Positions 9,728-18,293 of a stretch of DNA of 64,000 nucleotides are shown in pieces. The stretch is taken from the NCBI GenBank assembly GCA_021798195.1, contig JAJZYH010000004.1, positions 8,095 to 72,094 of the forward strand, written 5' to 3'. Under the pieces are notes generated by a model. That model ran no database searches and had not been told where the DNA came from. It was given only the letters and a program-made list of their open reading frames with translations. A program made the translations under genes and the position numbers. Positions within the stretch are counted from its first letter, which is position 1. Every line of letters begins with the position of its first letter. Source of the DNA: Thermoplasmata archaeon (GTDB taxonomy: Archaea > Thermoplasmatota > Thermoplasmata > Lutacidiplasmatales > UBA184).

Positions 9728-10171
9728 ATGGCTGAGGGATTTCGTCACATCACCGTCGCGCTGGATGGATCCGCCCACAGCGACCGCGCCTTGGATGTGG
9801 CGCTGGAGCTCTGCATGAGGTATGCAGCCGAATTGACGCTGGTCACGGTGGCGCCGCTCCCCCTCGTCCTCTCCCCCCCCGAACCTTGGGTGCCCCCCCA
9901 GGTCACCGACATCGAAGCGGGACGCTACAGGGACATCCTGGATCGGGCCCAGAAACGGTGCACCCAGATGGGAGTGAACCCCGCCCAGGCGATCTGCCTG
10001 GAAGGGCATGTGGCCGACGAATTGCTCACGTACCTCGAGAAGTCTCCCACCGATCTCTTGGTGGTGGGTTCCCGAGGCTCCTCCACGGCCAAGAGGCTCC
10101 TCCTGGGAAGCGTCTCCGATGCCCTGGTCCACCACGCGAAGTGCCCGGTCCTCGTGGTGAAGATGGGATAA
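9728..10171 (+). CDS. Universal stress protein
   Basis: ITVALDGSAHS...DLLVVGSRG...LLGSVSDALVHHAKCPVLVV. Confidence 0.92.
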   Translation: MAEGFRHITVALDGSAHSDRALDVALELCMRYAAELTLVTVAPLPLVLSPPEPWVPPQVTDIEAGRYRDILDRAQKRCTQMGVNPAQAICLEGHVADELLTYLEKSPTDLLVVGSRGSSTAKRLLLGSVSDALVHHAKCPVLVVKMG

Positions 10172-10185
10172 GGACGGAGGAGACC

Positions 10186-10899
10186 CTACTTCCCCTTCTT
10201 GGCGGCCTTTTCGTCCTTCGCGGAAGCCGCGGGGGGAGAGGCCTTCTCCCCCGGCTTCTTCGCATCCTTGGAGGGCGCCTCGGGCTTTCCAGCCGCCTCC
10301 TCGGTGGGGGGGGCCGCCGCCTCTTCGGTCGTCAGCGCGGCGGGCTTCTCCTCGAGTACCGGGGCGATGGCCGCCGCCCTCGCTTCCTCGACAAAGCCGG
10401 CCCGTTCCTCGACGAGGACACGGACGGGCGTGGGGAGCTTGGAGGAGGCCTTCCGGATCGCCTCCTTCGCGTCCGGCACGTTCTCGGAACGGCAGGCCAG
10501 GGTGATGAGCGTGTCCCCGATGTTGGCCCGGACGGCATGTCCGACCGGCTTCCCGAACGCAAGCCGCATCCCATCGGAGATCCGGTCCGCTCCGGCCCCT
10601 GTGGCCATCTTGTGCTCTCGGAGGATCTGATGCGGATACTTCCGCACCTTGACGTGGAAGTTGTTGGACGCCGCGCGGTCCATGACGCGGACGATGCTGA
10701 TCCGGGCCGCCTCCAGGGCCTTGTCCTGCACCTGGGCCGCCTCCTCCGCCAGCATGGAGAAATGGAACTTGTACTGCTGATGGACGTTCCCCGTGTCGAA
10801 CTGGGTGATCCGGCAGTGCGGGATCCCGCCCATGTACTCCTTCCGGGTGTAGATCTGTCCCTCGATCCGCCGGTACATCCGGTTCGGTTTCCGCACCAT
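10186..10899 (-). CDS. rpl10e: 50S ribosomal protein L10e (uL16) with Ala/Glu/Lys/Pro-rich C-terminal tail
   Basis: YTRKEYMGGIP, ALEAARI, REHKMATGAGADRISDGMRLAFGKP. Confidence 0.95.
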   Translation of the reverse strand: MVRKPNRMYRRIEGQIYTRKEYMGGIPHCRITQFDTGNVHQQYKFHFSMLAEEAAQVQDKALEAARISIVRVMDRAASNNFHVKVRKYPHQILREHKMATGAGADRISDGMRLAFGKPVGHAVRANIGDTLITLACRSENVPDAKEAIRKASSKLPTPVRVLVEERAGFVEEARAAAIAPVLEEKPAALTTEEAAAPPTEEAAGKPEAPSKDAKKPGEKASPPAASAKDEKAAKKGK

Positions 10900-10970
10900 A
10901 GGCCCGCCGCCCACCCCCCACCTGTTTTTGAGCCTTTCGATGCGATGCTTCGGGGACCCCTCGGGGGGGT

Positions 10971-11897
10971 TCAGCTTGCGTCCGCCGTGTCCGGGCCCAG
11001 GGGGATTGCCCCCGTGCGCCCCACGTGGACCCTCAAGATCGTGAAGCCGGCCCGGCGCAGGAGCGTCACCAGCCTACCTTCCGAATCCTCGTCCGGGGGT
11101 GACGCGACCAGCGTGTTGCCCATCATGGCCTGGAACGCCGGGACGCCGCTCTCCGTCACCCGGCCCAGGGTGGCCGTGAGGGCGCTGCCTCCCAGGGCCA
11201 ATCCTCGGGAGAACTCGAGCGAGGCCTCGAAGAACCTGGTCCAGGGCACCGGGGGAGGGGGGAGATCCCCCAGGAGAGGTGTGCCCAGTGCGGCGACCCT
11301 TGCAAGGAACTCGGGGTTCCCCAGGAGGGGAGGGGAAGGAAGGGGGTCCCGGAGGAACGCGGCAAAGAAGCCCCGGGAATGGGGCGTCCTCTCGACCTTA
11401 CCGTAGGGGGGGACCCCCGCGACCCGTCGCACTTCGAGTCCTCCCCCCAGGATGGCGGAGACCCCGCCCAGCCCCCCGTGGAGTTCCATCTCCGCGCGGT
11501 GCGCCGCCTCGTGGGCCCGCTCCACGGGGAGTCCAAGGCATTGGGCGAGAGCCATGGCGGATGCCAGCGTTCCTGCGGCGCTCATCCCGAAGCCATGGGA
11601 GACCGGAAGCTCGTGCCGGAGCTCCACCCGGACCGTGTACCCGTGGGAGGGGACCAGCAGTCGGAGGGCGAGTTCCGTGATGGGGAAGCTCACCGGAAGG
11701 CCCCCCTGCAGCACCTCGATCCGGGTGGCGTCGGCCCGGAGTTCCCGGAGCTCCACCCTCGCTCTCGCCCCCACGTCGAGCACGATCCCCGCCCCCCGGG
11801 ACCCCCGGGAGCGGGGATCGGGCCCCTCAAGATCCGGCACGAAGAGCCCGGTCACGTGTCCGGGGGCAAAGGCCATCGCCACGACCAAGATTCCCAT
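10971..11897 (-). CDS. Pantoate kinase (GHMP family)
   Basis: AFAPGHVTGLF, GSRGAG, LPVSHGFGMSAAG, AHRAE...GLGGV, QAMMGNT. Confidence 0.85.
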   Translation of the reverse strand: MGILVVAMAFAPGHVTGLFVPDLEGPDPRSRGSRGAGIVLDVGARARVELRELRADATRIEVLQGGLPVSFPITELALRLLVPSHGYTVRVELRHELPVSHGFGMSAAGTLASAMALAQCLGLPVERAHEAAHRAEMELHGGLGGVSAILGGGLEVRRVAGVPPYGKVERTPHSRGFFAAFLRDPLPSPPLLGNPEFLARVAALGTPLLGDLPPPPVPWTRFFEASLEFSRGLALGGSALTATLGRVTESGVPAFQAMMGNTLVASPPDEDSEGRLVTLLRRAGFTILRVHVGRTGAIPLGPDTADAS

Positions 11898-11981
11898 CCC
11901 TCCCGGATCCGCCCACCGGACACGCACCGGCCCTTGAAACCCACGGCCCCCACGGCTCGGGGGACGCACCTTCCCGCGGCC

Positions 11982-13538
11982 TCAGCTCATGAGGGTGAGC
12001 CGATACGACGCTTGCGGTGGGTCCTCCCCCGCCGGCATCGTCAGGGCATAGATTGAGGTCCAAGGCCGAATGCCCATGAGGAAGAACCTTCCCTTGACCG
12101 CACGCATCAGCAAACGGGTCTGGGCGAGGTCCCGGAAATACGTCACGAGCGGGTTGTTGCGGGACCCAATGACCAGGATGTGCAGGGGGCCTGCGGTCAG
12201 GTACGATTGCAGCACATAGGCCAGGGTCTCCGGTGTGTACTCGCGGCTCACGCTCCGGCCGATGTTTTCGACCCCTCCCAGGGTGCTGATCAACAGGTTG
12301 GGAGGGTGGGCCCCGGCCGGACCGCGGAGGAAATCGAACAGGGCGCTGGAACGGGCCCGGTAGGCCTCCCGCACCTGATAGGAACTCCCCGCGCCGGGGG
12401 GCCGGACGGCCCCTCGGATCTGGAAGGTCCTCGTGTCCTCCTCCTCCGAGGGGAATTCGGGGGACAGGTGGACGGTCCGGAGCGGCTCGCGCGGCTCCTC
12501 CAGAGGCGCGAGGGAGAGGACCCGGACGAGGCTCGTGAAGACCTCGGGCTTCACCACGGGCGCGAAGGACGCCCAGATCCCTTCGAGTCGGATGTGGGGA
12601 CGGGGTACGTACCCGACCCGGCGTCCCATGCGCAGAGCCGCCAGCATCGCAGAGCTGGACATCGCCTGGACCGGTCCGGAGGGGATCTCGTCATCGACCT
12701 CGAGGAGGGTCATGTGATTGCTCTGGAACGGCCCGAAAATATTGTGGTAATCCGCGCTGCCGGGCCAGAGGGATGTGCGGAAGTCCCCGGGAGGGGCCGG
12801 ATCGGCCCGGGCGGCGGGGGGACGATCCAATAGCTCACTCGGGGGGAAGCACTCGAAGGACCCTCCGAGAAGGGTGAACGGATATTCTCTCACCTGGACA
12901 TCCACCCTCCGGAGCTCGTCGATGGACAACCAGCGATATTGCCGCTCCTCGAGCGTCTGCTTGGTGAGCGTGAAGATCGCGTCGGCGATGTGGTCCAGAG
13001 GTCCGCCCGAGGACCCCTCGAGGAGTATGACGGCCCGGAACAACCTCTGGCCCACATGTTGGGCGAAGACCTCGATGAACCGGCTCGCCAGGGAATCCCG
13101 CCCCACGTCGCTCCGTTCCTCGTGCCACCACCGGCCCATGTTCTGGAGGAAGGCTTCCCAGGTGTCGACGACAATGGTGGCAGGTTTCTGGTCATCGCCG
13201 GATCGTAGCCAGGCATCGATCCAGGGTGGCAGCCTCCCGGGGGGCTCAGACGGGGATCCATCCGGAGGTCCCGGAGGTTGGGAAAGGTCCTCCAACCCGA
13301 AGACCGTCAAGGGGAGGGCGCTCTGCCAATACGGCTTCGCCAGGGCGCTCGCCTGTCGCCGTGTGAGGTGGGGGCTCACGTAGCTCCCCGCGGTCCCGAA
13401 TGCCTGGAGGAGGGACAGGGCGAACAGGGTCCGGCCGCTTCCCGCCTCCCCCCGGACCAGGAAGATCCCGCTCCGCGAAGTGGAAAGGAACCGGGCGATG
13501 GGAGGAGGGATCTCGCAGCGAGGGGGCATCGGGAACAC
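11982..13538 (-). CDS. GvpD/KaiC-like RecA-superfamily ATPase, degenerate paralogue
   Basis: LVRGEAGSGRTLFAL, IVVDTWE, LDHIADAIFTL, YPFTLLGGSF; paralogous to 21189-22733. Confidence 0.7.
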   Translation of the reverse strand: MFPMPPRCEIPPPIARFLSTSRSGIFLVRGEAGSGRTLFALSLLQAFGTAGSYVSPHLTRRQASALAKPYWQSALPLTVFGLEDLSQPPGPPDGSPSEPPGRLPPWIDAWLRSGDDQKPATIVVDTWEAFLQNMGRWWHEERSDVGRDSLASRFIEVFAQHVGQRLFRAVILLEGSSGGPLDHIADAIFTLTKQTLEERQYRWLSIDELRRVDVQVREYPFTLLGGSFECFPPSELLDRPPAARADPAPPGDFRTSLWPGSADYHNIFGPFQSNHMTLLEVDDEIPSGPVQAMSSSAMLAALRMGRRVGYVPRPHIRLEGIWASFAPVVKPEVFTSLVRVLSLAPLEEPREPLRTVHLSPEFPSEEEDTRTFQIRGAVRPPGAGSSYQVREAYRARSSALFDFLRGPAGAHPPNLLISTLGGVENIGRSVSREYTPETLAYVLQSYLTAGPLHILVIGSRNNPLVTYFRDLAQTRLLMRAVKGRFFLMGIRPWTSIYALTMPAGEDPPQASYRLTLMS

Positions 13539-13746
13539 TCCTTCCGACGCATCCTAGGGGCCACCGGATATTATAATCGACGAGATGAGTCGGGTCCTGT
13601 GGGGGGGTCCTCGTCGGCCCGCCCCTTGACGGAACCCGGATGCCTCGTTCCCAGGATCTCCGGTGAAGCAGGTGGGTCTTGCCCGGGGGTTGAGCCGCTC
13701 AGTCGTCTTATATGGCTGCGATGCTCTTACCCCTACCGTGGCACCC

Positions 13747-14982
13747 ATGGACGAGACCCGGAACCGGCCATCCACTGCGTCCGACGAAGAGGTCCGTTCC
13801 GGTAGCGAAGAGGCCTACGACCGGTTGAACTTCCTGGAACTCCGGAACAACCAGCTGGCGGAAGCCATCAAGCGGGTGGAGAGCGAACGGCATTACATGG
13901 AGGCGGAGATCCTGCGCCTCCAGCGGGAGGTGAAGCGCCTCAAGACCGAGCTGGACCGTCTCCGGTATCCCCCCCTCATCGTGGGGACCGTCCGCGACGT
14001 GCTCACCGACGGCCGGCTCGTGGTGAAGAGCTCCACCGGCCCCGACTTCGTGGTCAACGCCGCGGAGACCGTGGAGCACGAGAAGCTCAGCGTGGGGAGC
14101 CGGGTGGCGCTCAACAAGCAGACCCTCGCCGTCATGGGGGTCCTCCCCGCGTCCCTGGACCCGCTGGTGACCGCGAGCGAGATCGTGACCCGGCCCAACG
14201 TCACCTACGACGACATCGGCGGGCTCTCCGATCAGGTCCGGGAGATCCGGGAGGCCGTGGAGTATCCGCTCCTGCGGAGCGAGCTCTATCGGAAGGTGGG
14301 AGTGGAGCCCCCGAAGGGGGTCCTCCTCATCGGTTCCCCCGGGACGGGGAAGACCATGATCGCCAAGGCGGTGGCCCACCACACGAACGCCACCTTCGTC
14401 CGGCTCGTGGGAAGCGAACTCGTCCAGAAGTACATCGGGGAAGGCGCCCGGCTGGTCCGGGAACTCTTCCAGTTGGCTCGGGAGAAGGCCCCCACCCTCA
14501 TCTTCATCGACGAGATCGATTCCATTGGGGCGAAGCGTCTGGAGGTGGCCACGAGCGGGGACCGGGAGGTGCAACGGACCCTCATGCAACTCCTGGCGGA
14601 GATGGACGGCTTCGAGCCGCTCTCCAACGTGAAGATCATCGCCGCCACCAACCGGCCGGACATCCTCGACGAGGCCCTCCTGCGCCCGGGCCGGTTCGAC
14701 CGGATCGTGGAGGTCCCGGTCCCCGGCTTCCAAGGGCGCGTGGAGATCCTCAAGATCCACTCGCGCCAGATGGCCCTCAAGGAGGCCATCGACTTCGAGT
14801 ACCTCGCCTCGCGTTGCGAGGGGGCCACCGGGGCCGACATCAAATCGGTCTGCACCGAGGCCGGGATGTGGGCCATCCGCGAGGAGAGGGATGCGGTGAC
14901 CCAGGCGGATTTCGAGAAGGCCATCGAGAAGGTCATCGGCGAAGAGGATCTCCGGAAGGAGACCGTGGGAATGTTCGCCTGA
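13747..14982 (+). CDS. pan: Proteasome-activating nucleotidase
   Basis: Coiled coil plus OB domain, [25 protein letters not shown]-terminal HbYX-like MFA. Confidence 0.95.
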   Translation: MDETRNRPSTASDEEVRSGSEEAYDRLNFLELRNNQLAEAIKRVESERHYMEAEILRLQREVKRLKTELDRLRYPPLIVGTVRDVLTDGRLVVKSSTGPDFVVNAAETVEHEKLSVGSRVALNKQTLAVMGVLPASLDPLVTASEIVTRPNVTYDDIGGLSDQVREIREAVEYPLLRSELYRKVGVEPPKGVLLIGSPGTGKTMIAKAVAHHTNATFVRLVGSELVQKYIGEGARLVRELFQLAREKAPTLIFIDEIDSIGAKRLEVATSGDREVQRTLMQLLAEMDGFEPLSNVKIIAATNRPDILDEALLRPGRFDRIVEVPVPGFQGRVEILKIHSRQMALKEAIDFEYLASRCEGATGADIKSVCTEAGMWAIREERDAVTQADFEKAIEKVIGEEDLRKETVGMFA

Positions 14983-15016
14983 GGCCCTTCGACCATCCCT
15001 GAGAGAGGGGGCCGGA

Positions 15017-15976
15017 TCAGGAGAGGATCCCCCGCCCCGCGAGCCGTGGCCCGGGGCCGGGGCTCGAGAGTTGGACCAGCAGGGCCACGTCCCCGGGAAG
15101 CCATGCCAGGGGTCGATCCACCGTGATCTGGACACGGGACCCGTCCACCGTCTGGATCCGTGCGGGAGCGGTCTGGAGCCCCACGCTGACGTGCACCTTG
15201 TCCCCTTCCCCGGCCCGTCCCTTGAAGAATCGGCAGGGACGGTAGTCCGTGAGCTCCAGGAGGTCCCCGGTCCGGAGGGTCCCCTCGGGGGCGAGGATCT
15301 CCCCCCGGGAGACGTCCTCCGCCTCCACGCCCTTGAGGGCGACACCCACCCGGCTCCCGCTCTCCACCTGGGGGAGGTCCACGTCGTGGACCTGGAGGGA
15401 ACGGGCCTCCACCATCCGTTCACTGGGGTACAGCCGGAGCTTGTCGTGGACGTGCAGGGTCCCCTGGCGCACCACCCCCAGGACCACGGTACCCACTCCC
15501 TTCACGGGGAAGGCATGGTCGATGGGGACGACCACTTCGCCGGGAGAGGTCCGGGAAGGCCAGTTCCGCACCGCCTCCCGGAGGGCCTTCGCGTCCCGGG
15601 GCAGCCGGGCGAACCCCTGGAGGGAGGTCCCCTTGAGGAGCGGCTCCAGGTCGCCTTCGCCCACACCCGGCCCCAGAGCAAGGAGCCCCTCGGTCCGGCC
15701 CATGAGATCCACGGCCAGGACGATCTCGCCCAGGTCCCGGTTCAACCCGTTCGCCACCACGATGGGGCGGTCCCCGATGGCCAGGGCGGCGAGGAGCGGG
15801 GGCAGCTTCTCCGGGAACTGCGTGGGCTCCACGTAGGTCGAGATCACCCCGGAGCCCACGGAATCGTAGAGGGTGATGTCCGATCGGGTCCCCGGCTTTC
15901 CCAGTTCCCGTCCCAGGTCCAGGTCTCCCAGGAGCGCCACGATGAGGCTCCGGTCTCCGTCGGTCACGAATTCCAC
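15017..15976 (-). CDS. Archaeal SelB-like/EF-Tu-domain protein lacking the G1 P-loop
   Basis: ELGKPGTRSDITLY, IDHAFPVKGVGTVVLG, RSLQVHDVD, GSRVGVALKG; start uncertain. Confidence 0.8.
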   Translation of the reverse strand: MEFVTDGDRSLIVALLGDLDLGRELGKPGTRSDITLYDSVGSGVISTYVEPTQFPEKLPPLLAALAIGDRPIVVANGLNRDLGEIVLAVDLMGRTEGLLALGPGVGEGDLEPLLKGTSLQGFARLPRDAKALREAVRNWPSRTSPGEVVVPIDHAFPVKGVGTVVLGVVRQGTLHVHDKLRLYPSERMVEARSLQVHDVDLPQVESGSRVGVALKGVEAEDVSRGEILAPEGTLRTGDLLELTDYRPCRFFKGRAGEGDKVHVSVGLQTAPARIQTVDGSRVQITVDRPLAWLPGDVALLVQLSSPGPGPRLAGRGILS

Positions 15977-16067
15977 CGACCTGGCGTACATCTTCCGCGG
16001 ATTTATCGAGCCGGGCCGGAGGTCCCGGCCGTCGCGCTTAAGAAGGGTGACCCCCGTCGGGACCCCC

Positions 16068-17480
16068 ATGGTGGATGCCTATCCCCGGGCGCTCGCCTAC
16101 CTCTGGGGTCTCCAGAGGTTGGGGGCCCAGCCCGGCCTCGAGGTGATCGGGAGCCTCCTCAAGGGCCTGGGACACCCGGAGCGCACCTTTCCTTCCATCC
16201 ACGTCACGGGGAGCAAGGGGAAGGGTTCCGTGGCCATGTTCTGCGCCTCGGTCCTTTCTTCGGCGGGGGAGCGGACCGGACTCTTCTCCTCTCCCCACCT
16301 GTTGAGCTACCGGGAGCGGATCCAGGTTGACGGGCGCCCCATCTCCCGCGCCGATACGGTCCGGGGGATCCAGATGGTCCGGCGGGTCGCCGGGAAGCTC
16401 CTTCGGGATGGGCAGCTCCCCCGGGAACCCACCTTCTTCGAGGTGACCACCGCCCTCGCGTTCCACCATTTCCGGGAAAAGAAGGTCACCGCGGCCGTGG
16501 TGGAGGTGGGCATCGGCGGACGGCTCGACGCCACCAACACCATCCAGGCGCCCGTGACGGTGATCACCACCCTTGAGCTGGAACACACGGACATCCTGGG
16601 TCCCACCCTCCGGGACATCGCCCATGAGAAGAGCGGGATCTTCCACAAGGGGGCATGGGGGGTGGTGGGCGATTGTCCCGGGGAAGGGCTCGAGGAAGTC
16701 CGGCGCAATGCCTTCCACCTGGGGGTACCTCTCTGGCAATGGGGGCGCGACGTGGTCCTGGAACGGAGGGAGTTGGGTCCTCAGGGGCAGACGGTGGACG
16801 TGCGGACCCCGGTCCGCTTCCATCCCGGCCTGGAGTTTCCCCTCCTCGGCCCATTCCAGGCGCACAACGCAGCCCTCGCTGTGGCTGCCCTCGATCTCTA
16901 CGGCCGTTCCCGCGGGACCCCCGTCCCCGAGGAGGCCTTCCGGGAGGGGTTCCAGAAGGCGCGATGGCCCGGTCGCCTGGAGAGACTCTCTTCCGATCCG
17001 CCCTTCTATGTGGATGCGGCCCATACCCCGCACAGCGCTCAGGAGCTGGTGAAGGCGCTTCAGGAACTCCACCCCGGCATCCCACGTACGGAGAACGTGG
17101 TCCTCTTCGGCTGCCTCCGGGACAAGAAAGTGGAGGCCATCCTCGACGAACTCTCGACCCTCGCGGATACCCTCGTGGTCACTCCCCTCCGCTCCCCCCG
17201 CTCCATGCCGCCCACCGAGATCCTACGGGCCGGGCGTGGTCGCTTCCACCGGATCCTTTCGGCGGATGGTCTTTCCCAGGGGATCGCCTTGGGCCGGGCC
17301 GGCCTGGGTCCCACGGGGATCCTCCTCGCCACCGGGGGGGTCTACCTCGCGGGAGAAGTCCTTTCGGCCCATCTGGGCATCCCTCCGGAGGAGCCGTCGC
17401 TCTCGGACCCCCTGGGGATGCCGGCCTCTCCCGACACCGCTTCCGATTTGCGCCCACGGACGAGGAGTGCCAGAGCGTGA
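16068..17480 (+). CDS. folC: Folylpolyglutamate synthase/dihydrofolate synthase family (FolC)
   Basis: HVTGSKGKGS, SPHL, EVGIGGRLDATN, WPGRLE, DAAHTP. Confidence 0.9.
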   Translation: MVDAYPRALAYLWGLQRLGAQPGLEVIGSLLKGLGHPERTFPSIHVTGSKGKGSVAMFCASVLSSAGERTGLFSSPHLLSYRERIQVDGRPISRADTVRGIQMVRRVAGKLLRDGQLPREPTFFEVTTALAFHHFREKKVTAAVVEVGIGGRLDATNTIQAPVTVITTLELEHTDILGPTLRDIAHEKSGIFHKGAWGVVGDCPGEGLEEVRRNAFHLGVPLWQWGRDVVLERRELGPQGQTVDVRTPVRFHPGLEFPLLGPFQAHNAALAVAALDLYGRSRGTPVPEEAFREGFQKARWPGRLERLSSDPPFYVDAAHTPHSAQELVKALQELHPGIPRTENVVLFGCLRDKKVEAILDELSTLADTLVVTPLRSPRSMPPTEILRAGRGRFHRILSADGLSQGIALGRAGLGPTGILLATGGVYLAGEVLSAHLGIPPEEPSLSDPLGMPASPDTASDLRPRTRSARA

Positions 17481-18244
17481 GGCGCGCCCCGCCCTTTCCC
17501 GCCGCCTCCCCGGGCCGGGGCAGGTCCCGGCGCCGGCTCTCCGGCCGACCCATCCCGTGGGCCTTCGTCCTCGATGAGTTGGCCCGGCTCTACCAGAACG
17601 GGGACTGGCGGATCCCGTACCTTCGCGCCCACGCCGAGGACCCCTTCCAGGTTCTCGTGGGGACCATCCTGTCCCAGAGGACCCGGGACGAGGCGACGGA
17701 TCGCGCCGCCGCCCAGCTCTTCGCCCGGTATCCCTCGGTGTCGGCCCTCGCGGATGCCCCTCTTTCCGAGATCGAGAGACTCATCCGGCCCGTGGGGTTC
17801 TACGCCACCAAGGCCCGGGGGATCCGGGCCACGGCACAGGCCATCCGGGACCGGTATCATGGGGAGGTCCCCCGGGACCTCGACGCGCTCCTCACGCTTC
17901 CCATGGTGGGCCGGAAGACCGCGAATTGCACCCTCGTCTTCGGATTCCTCGAACCCGCGATCCCCGTGGACACGCATGTCCATCGCATCGCGAACCGTCT
18001 GGGAGCCGTGAGGACCGGGACCCCCGAGGAGACCGAGGCCGCGCTCCGGGCCACGGTCCCCCGGGACCTGTGGATCCCGTTGAACCCCCTCCTGGTCCAG
18101 CACGGTCAGAACACCTGCCTCCCCCGTCGTCCCCGCTGCGAGCGTTGCCCCCTGGTGGAGGTGTGCGCCACGGGGATCCGCTGGAAGGCCCAAGGGGCCC
18201 ATGGGTCCGGGAAGGGAAGGGGCCCCCTTCCCGGAGCGCGGTAG
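17477..18244 (+). CDS. nth: Endonuclease III (HhH-GPD, 4Fe-4S)
   Basis: LSQRTRDE, LPMVGRKTAN, VDTHVHRI, CLPRRPRCERCPLVEVC; GTG start overlaps the folC stop. Confidence 0.92.
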   Translation: MRRAPPFPAASPGRGRSRRRLSGRPIPWAFVLDELARLYQNGDWRIPYLRAHAEDPFQVLVGTILSQRTRDEATDRAAAQLFARYPSVSALADAPLSEIERLIRPVGFYATKARGIRATAQAIRDRYHGEVPRDLDALLTLPMVGRKTANCTLVFGFLEPAIPVDTHVHRIANRLGAVRTGTPEETEAALRATVPRDLWIPLNPLLVQHGQNTCLPRRPRCERCPLVEVCATGIRWKAQGAHGSGKGRGPLPGAR

Positions 18245-18293
18245 CGGCGGGGCAAGACTCTTAATCCGCCACGGGGTGAAGGGCCCCTTTCCC

